DNA from: an uncultured Candidatus Saccharibacteria bacterium
Lineage (GTDB): Bacteria > Patescibacteriota > Andersenbacteria > UBA10190
NCBI GenBank assembly: GCA_964443125.1
Contig: CAYUBL010000002.1
Location: forward strand, 35,243-99,242
Direction: 5' to 3'
DNA: 64,000 nucleotides
Made by a program: the position numbers and the translations under genes
Shown here: positions 1-11,053 of the stretch, piece after piece
How the letters are laid out: each line of letters starts with the position of its first letter
Position numbering within the stretch: position 1 is the first letter of the stretch
Notes under the pieces: generated by a model
Seen by the model: only the letters and a program-made list of their open reading frames with translations
The model's database searches: none
What the model was told of the DNA's origin: nothing

Positions 1-126
1 GCACACGGATCAAGGACTTATCGCAAAGACCTAGTGAGTCCCCAAGAAGCAACGGCCTCTTTCATTACAGAGGGACCGACTTAACAGCCCCGCTTATTGC
101 GGGGTTGTCTCATGGCGATGCGGCGG

Positions 127-155
127 GTTTACTGATAGCCTGTACTATGTATAAT
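127..155 (+). promoter_or_regulatory. Putative sigma70-like promoter for the tRNA-Met/tRNA-Asp pair (TTTACT-17-TATAAT)
   Basis: TATAAT at 150-155 lies 10 nt upstream of the tRNA 5' end. A weak -35 (TTTACT) sits 17 nt further upstream. Confidence 0.4.
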
Positions 156-165
156 GCCTTACATT

Positions 166-239
166 GGTGACGTAGCTCAGTTGGTTAGAGCGTGGGACTC
201 ATAAGCCCGAGGTCGGAGGTTCGATCCCTCCCGTCACCA
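166..239 (+). tRNA. tRNA-Met/Ile2 (anticodon CAT)
   Basis: Cloverleaf with acceptor GGTGACG/CGTCACC, anticodon loop CTCATAA and T-loop GGTTCGATCC. 74 nt; CCA not encoded. Confidence 0.85.
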
Positions 240-287
240 CGTTTGCTTTACAATTGGGGGATATTCTGTATTCTAAGGTAATATATT

Positions 288-361
288 GGGCCTGAAGTGT
301 AACGGTTTTGCATGTCTCCCTGTCACGGAGAAGGCAGCGGGTTCGACTCCCGTCAGGCCCG
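288..361 (+). tRNA. tRNA-Asp (anticodon GTC)
   Basis: Acceptor GGGCCTG/CAGGCCC, anticodon stem TCTCC/GGAGA with loop CTGTCAC, T-arm GCGGGTTCGACTCCCGT, discriminator G. Confidence 0.8.
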
Positions 362-431
362 CCTTCGTTTTGCGTATGGCGGAGCCTCGGCAGGTCAACC
401 CGCTAATAATAGGGGAGGAAAATTTTGAGAG

Positions 432-845
432 ATGCTGTATGATTCTCCTATGACGGTACGAACGTTCATTTTAGGGGCTATTGCAATGATGGTGCTTTCG
501 GTGGGCGTTCTCGCGATGATCGTAAGCTGGATTGATCCGCGGTCCTCCGCAGCGGCCATGGGGTTCGTATTGTTCTTTCTTGCGATGTTCTTGGCAGTTG
601 CCTCATTGGCGGCATTATTAGGATACCTGTTCCGCTCTCTCTTTCTTGCAAAAGAGCTGCCGGCATACCGCGTACGGCCTGCGCTCCGACAGGGGGTTCT
701 CTTAGGGGCGTTTGTGGATCTCTTGCTATTCCTCCAGCTCGAGCGGTTGCTCATTTGGTGGGTAAGTGCCATCATCGTATTACTGTTTCTTGTGATTGAA
801 CTAGTGTTTATTTCGTATGACAAACATGGAGCGGCGACTTCTTGA
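432..845 (+). CDS. Small integral membrane protein (hypothetical)
   Basis: 137-aa ORF with four hydrophobic segments. GGAGG lies 14 nt upstream. Overlaps the pheS start by 29 nt. Confidence 0.45.
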   Translation: MLYDSPMTVRTFILGAIAMMVLSVGVLAMIVSWIDPRSSAAAMGFVLFFLAMFLAVASLAALLGYLFRSLFLAKELPAYRVRPALRQGVLLGAFVDLLLFLQLERLLIWWVSAIIVLLFLVIELVFISYDKHGAATS

Positions 846-1860
846 GATTGAGAAAAGTGCTCGCAGCGAATTGGCTGGCGCAGAGGATACGCGTGCGCTC
901 GAAGCGTGGCGGACGCAATACATCGGCCGAAGCGGCAACGTATCCGCATTGCTTCGAGAAATCAAAAATCTGCCGGCAGAAGAGAAGAAGTCCGTGGGCA
1001 GCCGCGCTAACGCGCTTCGCCGGGAACTTGAAGAGCTGTACCAAGAAAAACAGCGCACGTTCAGCAACGCACAAGAAACAGCAAGTCTAAAAGCGAAAAG
1101 CTATACGCTAGAAGCTAGTGAAGGTCATGTGCATCCGCTTACGATCACTCTCAATCGCATTTACGATATTTTTTCCGCGCTTGGATTCGTGATTGCGGAT
1201 GGCCCGGAGGTGGAGGAGGAAGCCTATAACTTTGATGCGCTGAATATTCCCGTTGACCATGTTGCCCGCAAAGAAGGGGACACGTTCCTCATTGATCCGG
1301 AAAGCGTAAACGGACAGGAGGGGCTTGTGTTGCGTACACAGACATCCCCCATGCAAATTCGTTCCGTCGAGACACTGCGACTGCGGCCGCCGTTTAAAGT
1401 CATTGCGCCCGGGCGGGTGTTTCGTCGGGAGAAGGTGGATGCCACGCATGAATCGACATTTTACCAATTCGAAGGACTTGGCGTTAGCGAAGATATGAGC
1501 ATTGCGGAGTTCAAGAGCATTATTGCGGAGTTTTTTTCTTTGTTTTTCCAGAACGATGTTACGGTGCGCCTGCGTCCGTCGTACTTTCCGTTCGTGGAGC
1601 CCGGGTTTGAAGTGGACATGTCATGCGTGTTCTGTGGAGGGTCAGGATGCCGCGTGTGCAAAAAAACGGGATGGATTGAGGTGATGGGCGCCGGCATGGT
1701 GCATCCGAATGTGCTGAAAAATATGAATCTTGATCCAGCGGTATACCAAGGATTTGCGTTCGGCGGAGCGGCGGACCGGCTCACCATGATCCGCCACGGT
1801 ATTGGCGACATCCGCATGTTCTGGAGCGGAGATATTCGGTTTTTAAGGCAATTTTCGTAG
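817..1860 (+). CDS. pheS: Phenylalanine--tRNA ligase alpha subunit
   Basis: Class II aaRS motifs (FRREKVDATHESTFYQFEG ... GFAFGGAADRLTMIRHGIGDIRMF) plus a Cys-rich insert. Alternative start at 826. Confidence 0.9.
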   Translation: MTNMERRLLEIEKSARSELAGAEDTRALEAWRTQYIGRSGNVSALLREIKNLPAEEKKSVGSRANALRRELEELYQEKQRTFSNAQETASLKAKSYTLEASEGHVHPLTITLNRIYDIFSALGFVIADGPEVEEEAYNFDALNIPVDHVARKEGDTFLIDPESVNGQEGLVLRTQTSPMQIRSVETLRLRPPFKVIAPGRVFRREKVDATHESTFYQFEGLGVSEDMSIAEFKSIIAEFFSLFFQNDVTVRLRPSYFPFVEPGFEVDMSCVFCGGSGCRVCKKTGWIEVMGAGMVHPNVLKNMNLDPAVYQGFAFGGAADRLTMIRHGIGDIRMFWSGDIRFLRQFS

Positions 1861-1861
1861 C

Positions 1862-3712
1862 ATGAAATTCTCTTATTCCATTCTCAAGCAGCTGGTTCCG
1901 AGCATGAAGCTTTCTCCAAAAGAACTTGCCGAGCTTTTGACGATGAAAAGTTTTGAAACCGTGGTTGATCGGGAGTATGTGATTGATCCACTTATTCGGG
2001 CGGTGAAAATCGTGAAACTCGAGAAGCATCCCAATGCCGATCGGCTTCGTCTGGCGACCGTAACAGATGGAGAGAGCGAGGTGCGGGTCGTATGCGGCGC
2101 GCCGAACATTGCAACAGGCCAGGTGGTGCCGTATGCGCCTCCCGGTACGACGGTATATGGGGATGACGGATCCACGTTCGTGCTGCAAGAAGCTGTTATT
2201 CGCGGGGAGAAGAGCCCGGGCATGCTGAACTCGTTGCGCGAACTGGGCGTATCGGATAATCACGGCGGCATTGCCATTCTTCCGGAAGATACGCCGCTCG
2301 GATCCCGACTTGCGGACCACTTGCCAAGCGATACTATTCTGGATATTGATGTCCTGCCCGATCGGATTCATGATGCAAGCACGCATTACGGGATGGCGCG
2401 AGAGATTACGGCGCTCCTATCGGCGTCCATGCAAGAAGCAACAACCGTTTCGCTGCTTGCGGCATGGGGGCAGGTTGCGCCAATGGGGGAATTTAACGTC
2501 CCAGAGCATAATACCGGGCGTTCTTTGGCATTCGATCCGGATGCGCCGTCTCGGTATGCGGGTATTCCTATCAATCGAGAAGACGTGCGCGATATTCTGG
2601 GGAGGTTGAGATTTTTGGTGGATGCAACGGGAGATACATGGTATGTGACGCCTCCATCCGATCGCATCGATATCCTCGGTGAGCACAATCTGATTGATGA
2701 AGTGGTTCGCGTGTACGGTCTCGATGGAATCCCGTCCAAGAAATACGAGGGCGTCCGCCCGCTGCCGGTAACGGACAGCGTGTATTGGGAGCGGAATATT
2801 CGATCGCTTCTTGTTGAGCGGGGGTTCACAGAAACATACGGCTATTCGTTTGAGGATGAGCGGTTCGCAGCGCTTGTGGGAGCTGATCGGCATCCGCATG
2901 TGGAGTTGAAAAATCCCATGGCGCCGGAACTGAAGAAGCTGCGGTACTCCATGCTCCCGGGGCTGCTTGCCGCAATGGTAAAAAGCAGGGATGAAGTGCA
3001 TCGCGATCGCAAGGAAAATGAACGGGCGCTGTTTGAAATCGGACGCGTATACCATCGGGGGGATGGCGGCATGGTCCCGGGCGTGATCGAGCGGAAAGTG
3101 GTTTCCGGAATATTGGTCGGCGATCAGTCGTCTTTGCAAGAAATCTTGGATGCCATTCGAGCGCTCTTCCGGATAGAGCCGGGGGAGATGATTGCATTGC
3201 CGGAGAGTAAACCCTTTGCCAAAGCGTTTCGGATGCAGTATGCCGGCGAGTTTTTTGGCATAACGTATGTATTGAGCGATGAATTATTGCAAAAAATAAA
3301 ATACCGCTTGCCGCTCGCGGCGTTCGAGATAAGCTTTGCTGCACTCATGAAGCATGCGCCGGATGTTGAAATACCTGTTCGGACAATAGACGAAATTCGC
3401 GCGCAGAAGGATACCCCCTCGCAGTTTGTTGAACTTCCGAAATATCCAAGCGCTTTTCGGGATATCTCGCTTATTATCGACCCCATGCATCGCATCGATG
3501 CTGTCGAATCATTCATCGCAGAAAAGGGCGGACACATGGTTGCTGACGTAGATTTGTTCGACGAGTATACTCCCAAGACGGGCAATCGCAGCTTGGCATT
3601 CCATATCGAATACCGCGTGCCGGATCGCACCCTGACAGACAAGGAAGTAGACGAGGCACACAAAAAAATCGAGCACGCCCTGAAAAAGCAATTCGACGCG
3701 GAAATTCGGTAA
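1862..3712 (+). CDS. pheT: Phenylalanine--tRNA ligase beta subunit (short, 616 aa)
   Basis: N-terminal tRNA-binding fold (KLEKHPNADRLRLATVTDGESEVRVVCGAPN). Begins 1 nt after pheS. Shorter than the typical ~800-aa PheT. Confidence 0.85.
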   Translation: MKFSYSILKQLVPSMKLSPKELAELLTMKSFETVVDREYVIDPLIRAVKIVKLEKHPNADRLRLATVTDGESEVRVVCGAPNIATGQVVPYAPPGTTVYGDDGSTFVLQEAVIRGEKSPGMLNSLRELGVSDNHGGIAILPEDTPLGSRLADHLPSDTILDIDVLPDRIHDASTHYGMAREITALLSASMQEATTVSLLAAWGQVAPMGEFNVPEHNTGRSLAFDPDAPSRYAGIPINREDVRDILGRLRFLVDATGDTWYVTPPSDRIDILGEHNLIDEVVRVYGLDGIPSKKYEGVRPLPVTDSVYWERNIRSLLVERGFTETYGYSFEDERFAALVGADRHPHVELKNPMAPELKKLRYSMLPGLLAAMVKSRDEVHRDRKENERALFEIGRVYHRGDGGMVPGVIERKVVSGILVGDQSSLQEILDAIRALFRIEPGEMIALPESKPFAKAFRMQYAGEFFGITYVLSDELLQKIKYRLPLAAFEISFAALMKHAPDVEIPVRTIDEIRAQKDTPSQFVELPKYPSAFRDISLIIDPMHRIDAVESFIAEKGGHMVADVDLFDEYTPKTGNRSLAFHIEYRVPDRTLTDKEVDEAHKKIEHALKKQFDAEIR

Positions 3713-3761
3713 CGACGATAGGAGCTGCTATACTGATACTGTTTATCTTTTACCTTTTTCT

Positions 3762-4157
3762 ATGAACGAAGAACCGCAAGGAGCGCCGCTCCCTATTAAG
3801 ATTATTTCTATCTTGCTCATGATATTCGGCGTTGCCTGGATTGCTATAGCAGGCCTAACGCTTGCCTTTATAGGTATCCCCGGCCTTGCCCTCATAGCTG
3901 CCCTGCTTGGTGCCTCAATTATTGTAATCGCTATCGGATTGCGCAAGATGAAGCGATGGGCGTTGTATCTCTATACCGCAGGGGCTGTGCTGCAGACGAC
4001 CAGTACGCTCAATAATATATTAGGATTGTTGAGGACGGAGGGTGTGCCAGTATCTGTGCTGTGGAAGGAAGGGGAAGTGATCGTATACCTGCTCTGGATA
4101 GTAGTTGACATAGCGATATTGGCATACCTTTGGAAAAACAAGCGGCTCTTTCGGTAG
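3762..4157 (+). CDS. Small membrane protein (hypothetical)
   Basis: 131 aa with three or four TM helices. No recognisable motif. Confidence 0.4.
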   Translation: MNEEPQGAPLPIKIISILLMIFGVAWIAIAGLTLAFIGIPGLALIAALLGASIIVIAIGLRKMKRWALYLYTAGAVLQTTSTLNNILGLLRTEGVPVSVLWKEGEVIVYLLWIVVDIAILAYLWKNKRLFR

Positions 4158-4167
4158 GGGGGTATAA

Positions 4168-6165
<1,998 letters not shown>

Positions 6166-6189
6166 GCAGCGCTCCAAAACCGGGGGTGA

Positions 6190-6609
6190 CTATTTTATAT
6201 ATCCAGCTTTAAATAAATCCTGCAAAGTGTCTCTGTATGAAAATGCTATTTTTAATTCTTTTGCTTCACTATAGCTAAAAAATTTCCATTGAGACGCTTC
6301 TTCTTTTTGCAAAGTAATTTTACCAGACCATTTCCCGAGATAGACAAGTGAGAAATATCGTTTTCCATTATGTATACTTTCATAAAAGTTAAATTTATCT
6401 TGAGGAACAAAAATCAGCCCTACCTCTTCTCGGACTTCTCGAATGACAGTATCTTGAATAGTTTGGTCTGTTTCCTCAACTCCTCCTGAGGGGAATGTCC
6501 AATAACCTGGATATGCAGCAACTGCATCTGATCTTTTGATAAGCAATATTTTCCCATGTTCTATAATTGCTGCTGATCCCGCAATTTTTCCGAGGGGCAT
6601 TGGTTTCAT
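6190..6609 (-). CDS. NUDIX hydrolase
   Basis: Nudix box GGVEETDQTIQDTVIREVREEVGL. Confidence 0.75.
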   Translation of the reverse strand: MKPMPLGKIAGSAAIIEHGKILLIKRSDAVAAYPGYWTFPSGGVEETDQTIQDTVIREVREEVGLIFVPQDKFNFYESIHNGKRYFSLVYLGKWSGKITLQKEEASQWKFFSYSEAKELKIAFSYRDTLQDLFKAGYIK

Positions 6610-6663
6610 TATTTATGAGTATAGCTTATTTTCGAGATTATAAACTGACTTATTGAGGGAGAG

Positions 6664-6692
6664 TTGCATATTTTTACCATATCGTCTATAGT
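6664..6692 (+). promoter_or_regulatory. Putative promoter for secE-nusG-rplK-rplA (TTGCAT-17-TATAGT)
   Basis: Hexamers with 17-nt spacing about 50 nt upstream of secE. A GC hairpin plus TTTT follows at 6702-6720. Confidence 0.45.
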
Positions 6693-6742
6693 ATCAACAA
6701 CGGCCCTGAAGGGCTGTTTTAAGAACAAGGAATACGAGATCC

Positions 6743-6934
6743 ATGGCAAAAGTCTTTAATGTAGCGTTCGTGAAAGAAGCTCGGGAGGAACTGAAAAAGG
6801 TTTCTTGGCCGTCTCGAGAGACTGCCGTGCGATATACGCTGATCGTTATTATCGGATCGCTTGTGGTCGGGATGATTGTCGGAGCGATGGATTATATTCT
6901 TTCCCTTTTGTTTAAAACATTTATTTTCTCATAA
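6743..6934 (+). CDS. secE: Preprotein translocase subunit SecE
   Basis: 63 aa with a single C-terminal TM, immediately upstream of nusG. N-terminal KEAREELKKVSWPS matches SecE. Confidence 0.8.
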   Translation: MAKVFNVAFVKEAREELKKVSWPSRETAVRYTLIVIIGSLVVGMIVGAMDYILSLLFKTFIFS

Positions 6935-6943
6935 CGAATTCCC

Positions 6944-7495
6944 ATGGAGGAAAACGCACAACCGACGGATGGAAGAGGGTGGTATGTTCTCCACACCTAT
7001 TCCGGATATGAAGACAACGTAGCCCGCAATTTGCGGCAGCGTATCGAGTCAATGGGCATGGAAGACAAGATTTTCCAGGTCATTGTTCCGCGCGAAAAAA
7101 AGATCCGCGTGAAGAACGGCAAGCGGCGAACCATCGAAGAGCGGCTGTTTCCCGGATACGTCATTGTGGAAATGATCGTTACGGAAGATTCCTGGTATGT
7201 GGTTCGCAATACGCCGAATGTGACCGGGTTTGTCGGCTCTGGCACCACGCCAACGCCCGTCTCGCAAGAAGAAATCAATCGGCTGCTTTCCCGCATGGGC
7301 GATGAAGAACCGAAGTACAAGATCGACGTTATCGAAGGAGATTCCGTGCGCATTATGGACGGACCGTTCAAGGAGTTCGAGGGCAAGATTTCGGAAGTCA
7401 ATGACGCCAAGGGTACCGTGAAGGTGCTGGTCAACGTCTTCGGCCGAGAAACGCCCGTTGAACTTGACTTTTTGCAGGTAAAGAAGGAAGGTTAA
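6944..7495 (+). CDS. nusG: Transcription termination/antitermination factor NusG
   Basis: NGN domain ([11 protein letters not shown]) and a C-terminal KOW ([21 protein letters not shown]). Confidence 0.9.
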   Translation: MEENAQPTDGRGWYVLHTYSGYEDNVARNLRQRIESMGMEDKIFQVIVPREKKIRVKNGKRRTIEERLFPGYVIVEMIVTEDSWYVVRNTPNVTGFVGSGTTPTPVSQEEINRLLSRMGDEEPKYKIDVIEGDSVRIMDGPFKEFEGKISEVNDAKGTVKVLVNVFGRETPVELDFLQVKKEG

Positions 7496-7507
7496 TAATC
7501 GAATCCT

Positions 7508-7927
7508 ATGAAAGAAATTAAGACAATACTGAAGATCCAAATTCCGGGAGCAATGGCAACTCCGGCTCCTCCGGTAGGAACGGTGCTTGGTCCTCATGGC
7601 GTCAATCTGCAGGAATTCGTCACTCGATTTAACGACATGACCAAAGACATGAGGGGGGACATCGTTCCTGTGGAAGTGACGATTTACGCAGACCGGACGA
7701 TGGACTTGAAACTGAAGACATCCCCTGCCGCAGAGCTTCTAAAGAAAGCCGCAGGCGTGGGAAAGGGGTCGTCAAGTTCCAAAATAGACAAAGTCGGCAA
7801 GGTAACGAAAGCTCAAGTGAAAGAAATTGCGGAAAAGAAGATGGTGGATTTATCCGCTCGAGACATTCCTTCCGCGATGAAAATTATCGAAGGGACCGCA
7901 CGGTCCATGGGAATAACGGTTGAATAG
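7508..7927 (+). CDS. rplK: 50S ribosomal protein L11
   Basis: KIQIPGAMATPAPPVGTVLGPHGVNLQEF. Confidence 0.95.
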   Translation: MKEIKTILKIQIPGAMATPAPPVGTVLGPHGVNLQEFVTRFNDMTKDMRGDIVPVEVTIYADRTMDLKLKTSPAAELLKKAAGVGKGSSSSKIDKVGKVTKAQVKEIAEKKMVDLSARDIPSAMKIIEGTARSMGITVE

Positions 7928-7930
7928 CCT

Positions 7931-8608
7931 ATGCGAAGCAAGACATACAAATCGGTCCGCGAGAAGGTTGGAGAGAATGCAATGGATGTGCCGGCAGCGG
8001 TAGCATTCCTCAAGGAGCATACGCGAAAAAGCTTTGATGAAACGGTAGAAGCGCATATTGCGCTTGGGGTCGATGCAAAGAAGTCCGACCAGATGGTTCG
8101 CGGGAGCGTCGTGTTGCCTCACGGCACGCCGAAGCAAAAACGCGTGATTGTGTTTACGTCAGATGCGGCCAAGCAGGAAGCTGCGAAACAAGCCGGAGCG
8201 GTTCGCGCCGGAGGAGAGGAGCTTATCGCTGACATTGAAAAGAACGGCATTGCGGATATCGATATCGCAATTGCGTCTCCGGATATGATGCCGAAAATCG
8301 CAAAGGTGGCAAAAGTACTCGGTCCGAAAGGTCTGATGCCGAATCCGAAAACAGGCACGGTTACGCCGGATGTTGCGGCCGCCGTTTCGGAACTTGCTGC
8401 AGGAAAGGTTTCTTTTAAAATGGACGTGCAAGGAAATATGCATGTCGCGATTGCAAAGGCAAGCTGGGAAGCTGACAAGATCGTTGAAAATACCCAAGCA
8501 TTTATCGAAGCGGTGCGCGCAGCCCGGCCTTCGTCCCAGAAAGGAGAATTTCTCCGCAAGGTCGTGCTAAAGACCACCATGAGTCCCGCAGTACGGATTA
8601 GCCGGTAG
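7931..8608 (+). CDS. rplA: 50S ribosomal protein L1
   Basis: AFLKEHTRKSFDETVEAHIALGVDAKKSDQMVRGSVVLPHG. Confidence 0.95.
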   Translation: MRSKTYKSVREKVGENAMDVPAAVAFLKEHTRKSFDETVEAHIALGVDAKKSDQMVRGSVVLPHGTPKQKRVIVFTSDAAKQEAAKQAGAVRAGGEELIADIEKNGIADIDIAIASPDMMPKIAKVAKVLGPKGLMPNPKTGTVTPDVAAAVSELAAGKVSFKMDVQGNMHVAIAKASWEADKIVENTQAFIEAVRAARPSSQKGEFLRKVVLKTTMSPAVRISR

Positions 8609-8611
8609 CGC

Positions 8612-9301
8612 ATGCTGATCAGTTTCGACGGACTCGATTCTTCCGGAAAAGCGACGCAGTCTCGCTTGCTGTACGAGCATCTTCAAAATCGCGGCATTCG
8701 AACAGAAAAGTTTTGCACGCCGGATTACACCACTCCTTCCGGGAAAGAACTGAAAATGCGTCTGCAAAACAAACTTGGCAATTGGCAACAAACCCCATGG
8801 CAGGAAAAAATGGGGTTTTTTGCTGCAAATCGAAAAGAGCACAAAGAAGAGGTGCAGCGCGCCCTGCAGGAAGGCGCGGTCGTGATATATGATCGATACG
8901 TGCCCAGCAGTATCGTGTTTATGATCGAAGAAGCCGCATCTGAAGAGGCGCGTCAGACGCGGGAAGAAGTGCGCCGCAAGGTGATGCAGCTGGAATACGA
9001 AGAAAACGGCATGCCGCAGGAAGATATTTCCATTTTTCTGGATATTCCGCCTTATATCGCAATTGATTTGTTAGAAGGAAGAAAGGTGCACAGAGGGGAT
9101 GAAGATGAACAGACCGATCATATGCACGTGCAAGAAGCGCTGTATGCGGAATATATCCGTATCGCAGAGGAGTATCCTGAAAAGACGCTTCACATCCGAT
9201 GCATGGAGGGGGACAGGCTGCGAGGAATACAGGAAATCGAATCGCTGGTCAGGCAAGAGTTGGCAGCACGGTTCCCGGAACATACTAACTATTTCCTATG
9301 A
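8612..9301 (+). CDS. tmk: Thymidylate (dTMP) kinase
   Basis: P-loop ISFDGLDSSGKATQ and a DRY motif (VIYDRY). Starts 3 nt after the rplA stop. Confidence 0.75.
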   Translation: MLISFDGLDSSGKATQSRLLYEHLQNRGIRTEKFCTPDYTTPSGKELKMRLQNKLGNWQQTPWQEKMGFFAANRKEHKEEVQRALQEGAVVIYDRYVPSSIVFMIEEAASEEARQTREEVRRKVMQLEYEENGMPQEDISIFLDIPPYIAIDLLEGRKVHRGDEDEQTDHMHVQEALYAEYIRIAEEYPEKTLHIRCMEGDRLRGIQEIESLVRQELAARFPEHTNYFL

Positions 9302-9951
9302 AAAGCAATCCGTTCATCGTACTCGAAGCCCTCGATGCCGGCGGTAGCCAGACGCAAACAGACTTGCTGTGCGCTCGGCTCACGCAAGAGGGGTATAAGC
9401 CCCACCAGTATCATTTTCCGCAGGAAGATGCCGCGACCGGTCGGGTCGTTTATGACAAGTTCTTGCTGTACAAGAACAAATATCCATTCAGTCGCCGCGA
9501 ACAGGCGCTGTTGTATATCCAAGATTTTTATTCGAGACAAGAAGAAATGACCTCGCTGATCACCAGCGGATCCAGTCGCGATATCGTGGTGTCCGACCGC
9601 TATGCAACCAGCACAATGGCATATCAAACGATCGGATTGTCCGGCGCCAAGCGCAAGCAGATGCTCGATTGGATTACCTGGCTTTGTTACAAGGCAGCAC
9701 CCGCATTGCCCAAGCCGGACAGGGTGCTGTTTTTGGACACTCCGGTCGCAATATCTCTGCAGCGACTCAAAGGAAAAAAGAAGGATTTCTTTGAAACGAA
9801 AGAAAAGCTATCCGCAATCCGCAGCAGCTACCTCAAGCTGGCTACAGAGCAGAAGTGGCACGTGTTCAATAGCGTGGATGAAAAAGGAAGACAGCGGACG
9901 CGAGAAGATCTGCACGCGGAAATCTGGGAAACGGTAAAAAAGTTTCTGTAG
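9298..9951 (+). CDS. Thymidylate-kinase-like paralog with a degenerate P-loop
   Basis: Same fold signature (IVLEALDAGGSQTQ, VVSDRY) but the P-loop Lys/Thr are replaced by GGSQT. ATGA overlap with tmk suggests translational coupling. Confidence 0.6.
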   Translation: MKSNPFIVLEALDAGGSQTQTDLLCARLTQEGYKPHQYHFPQEDAATGRVVYDKFLLYKNKYPFSRREQALLYIQDFYSRQEEMTSLITSGSSRDIVVSDRYATSTMAYQTIGLSGAKRKQMLDWITWLCYKAAPALPKPDRVLFLDTPVAISLQRLKGKKKDFFETKEKLSAIRSSYLKLATEQKWHVFNSVDEKGRQRTREDLHAEIWETVKKFL

Positions 9952-9958
9952 CGCGCAT

Positions 9959-10570
9959 ATGGAAACGAAGCTGGTATTTTGGGATTTTGACGGCGTGATT
10001 GCAAGCACGTTCGAGCAAGCATACGAAATTATTTCTCGTACGAATCCAGATCTTACGCGCGAAGAATACCGCAAGCGGTTTGAGGGGAATGTAAATGATA
10101 CTATTTTCGAGACGAGTTCGGTGCGTGCGCGGGATTTTTTCGCAGCATACGAAAAAACCATTTTGCAAGGAGCGCTGATTCCGGGCATTGGCGATGTGAT
10201 TCAAGTATGTGCAGATGCATATACCAACAGCATCGTATCATCCACGACGTCGGATCTGGTGGACGGCTATTTAACCCATCATCAGCTGAGGCAGTATTTT
10301 GCGGAAATTCTCGGCAATGATGTTGCGCACAGCAAAGTCGAAAAAATGCAATTGGCCTTTGAGAAGTATGCATCATCGAATGAGCATGCGGTATTCATCA
10401 CCGATACCTTGGGAGATATCAGAGAGGCGAACAAGCTAGCTGTGCCAAGCATCGGCGTGCTGTGGGGGTTTCATGACAAGGAAACCTTGGAAAAAGGACG
10501 CCCTCATGCAATCGTCGAAACGCCGCAGGAGCTCATGAAAACGATAGAAGGCACGTTATCGAAAAGCTAA
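9959..10570 (+). CDS. HAD-superfamily hydrolase (phosphatase)
   Basis: Motif I FWDFDGVIAST, plus downstream HAD motifs (ITDTLGDI). Confidence 0.7.
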   Translation: METKLVFWDFDGVIASTFEQAYEIISRTNPDLTREEYRKRFEGNVNDTIFETSSVRARDFFAAYEKTILQGALIPGIGDVIQVCADAYTNSIVSSTTSDLVDGYLTHHQLRQYFAEILGNDVAHSKVEKMQLAFEKYASSNEHAVFITDTLGDIREANKLAVPSIGVLWGFHDKETLEKGRPHAIVETPQELMKTIEGTLSKS

Positions 10571-10588
10571 CGGAGCTAAAAGCTAATC

Positions 10589-11011
10589 TCACCGCCCGCT
10601 GCTGCCGAAGCCGGAGTCTCCTCGCTCTGAGTCGTTTAATGCTGCAACTTCGGTAATGTTTGCCGGTTCGAATTTTTGAATGACGCACTGGATGATTTTG
10701 TCTCCGGCTTTAATTTTAAACGGCTCGCTGGTGGAATTCCATAGCACGACCTTCCATTCTCCGCGGTATCCGGAATCAATTACCCCTGCAAACCGGTGGA
10801 TGCCTTTTGATCCCAGTCCAGAGCGATCCCACAAGAGGGCAACGTATCCGTCGGGGATAGCGCATGCGATGCCCGTCGTAAACATATGGCGCTCTCCGGG
10901 CGCGAGCGTGTAGCTTTCGTTCGTGTAAATATCGATTCCCGCATCGGTTGCATTTGCTTTTGTGGGAAGCGTTGCATCGGGAGAGAATTTTTTGACCTGA
11001 AATTCAATCAT
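10589..11011 (-). CDS. dut: dUTP diphosphatase
   Basis: dUTPase motifs AGIDIYT, GERHMFTTG, RSGLGSKG, GVIDSGYRGE. Confidence 0.9.
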   Translation of the reverse strand: MIEFQVKKFSPDATLPTKANATDAGIDIYTNESYTLAPGERHMFTTGIACAIPDGYVALLWDRSGLGSKGIHRFAGVIDSGYRGEWKVVLWNSTSEPFKIKAGDKIIQCVIQKFEPANITEVAALNDSERGDSGFGSSGR

Positions 11012-11053
11012 AGTTTAAAAGCTAACAGCCAGAAGCGAAAAGCTCAAGAAAGC

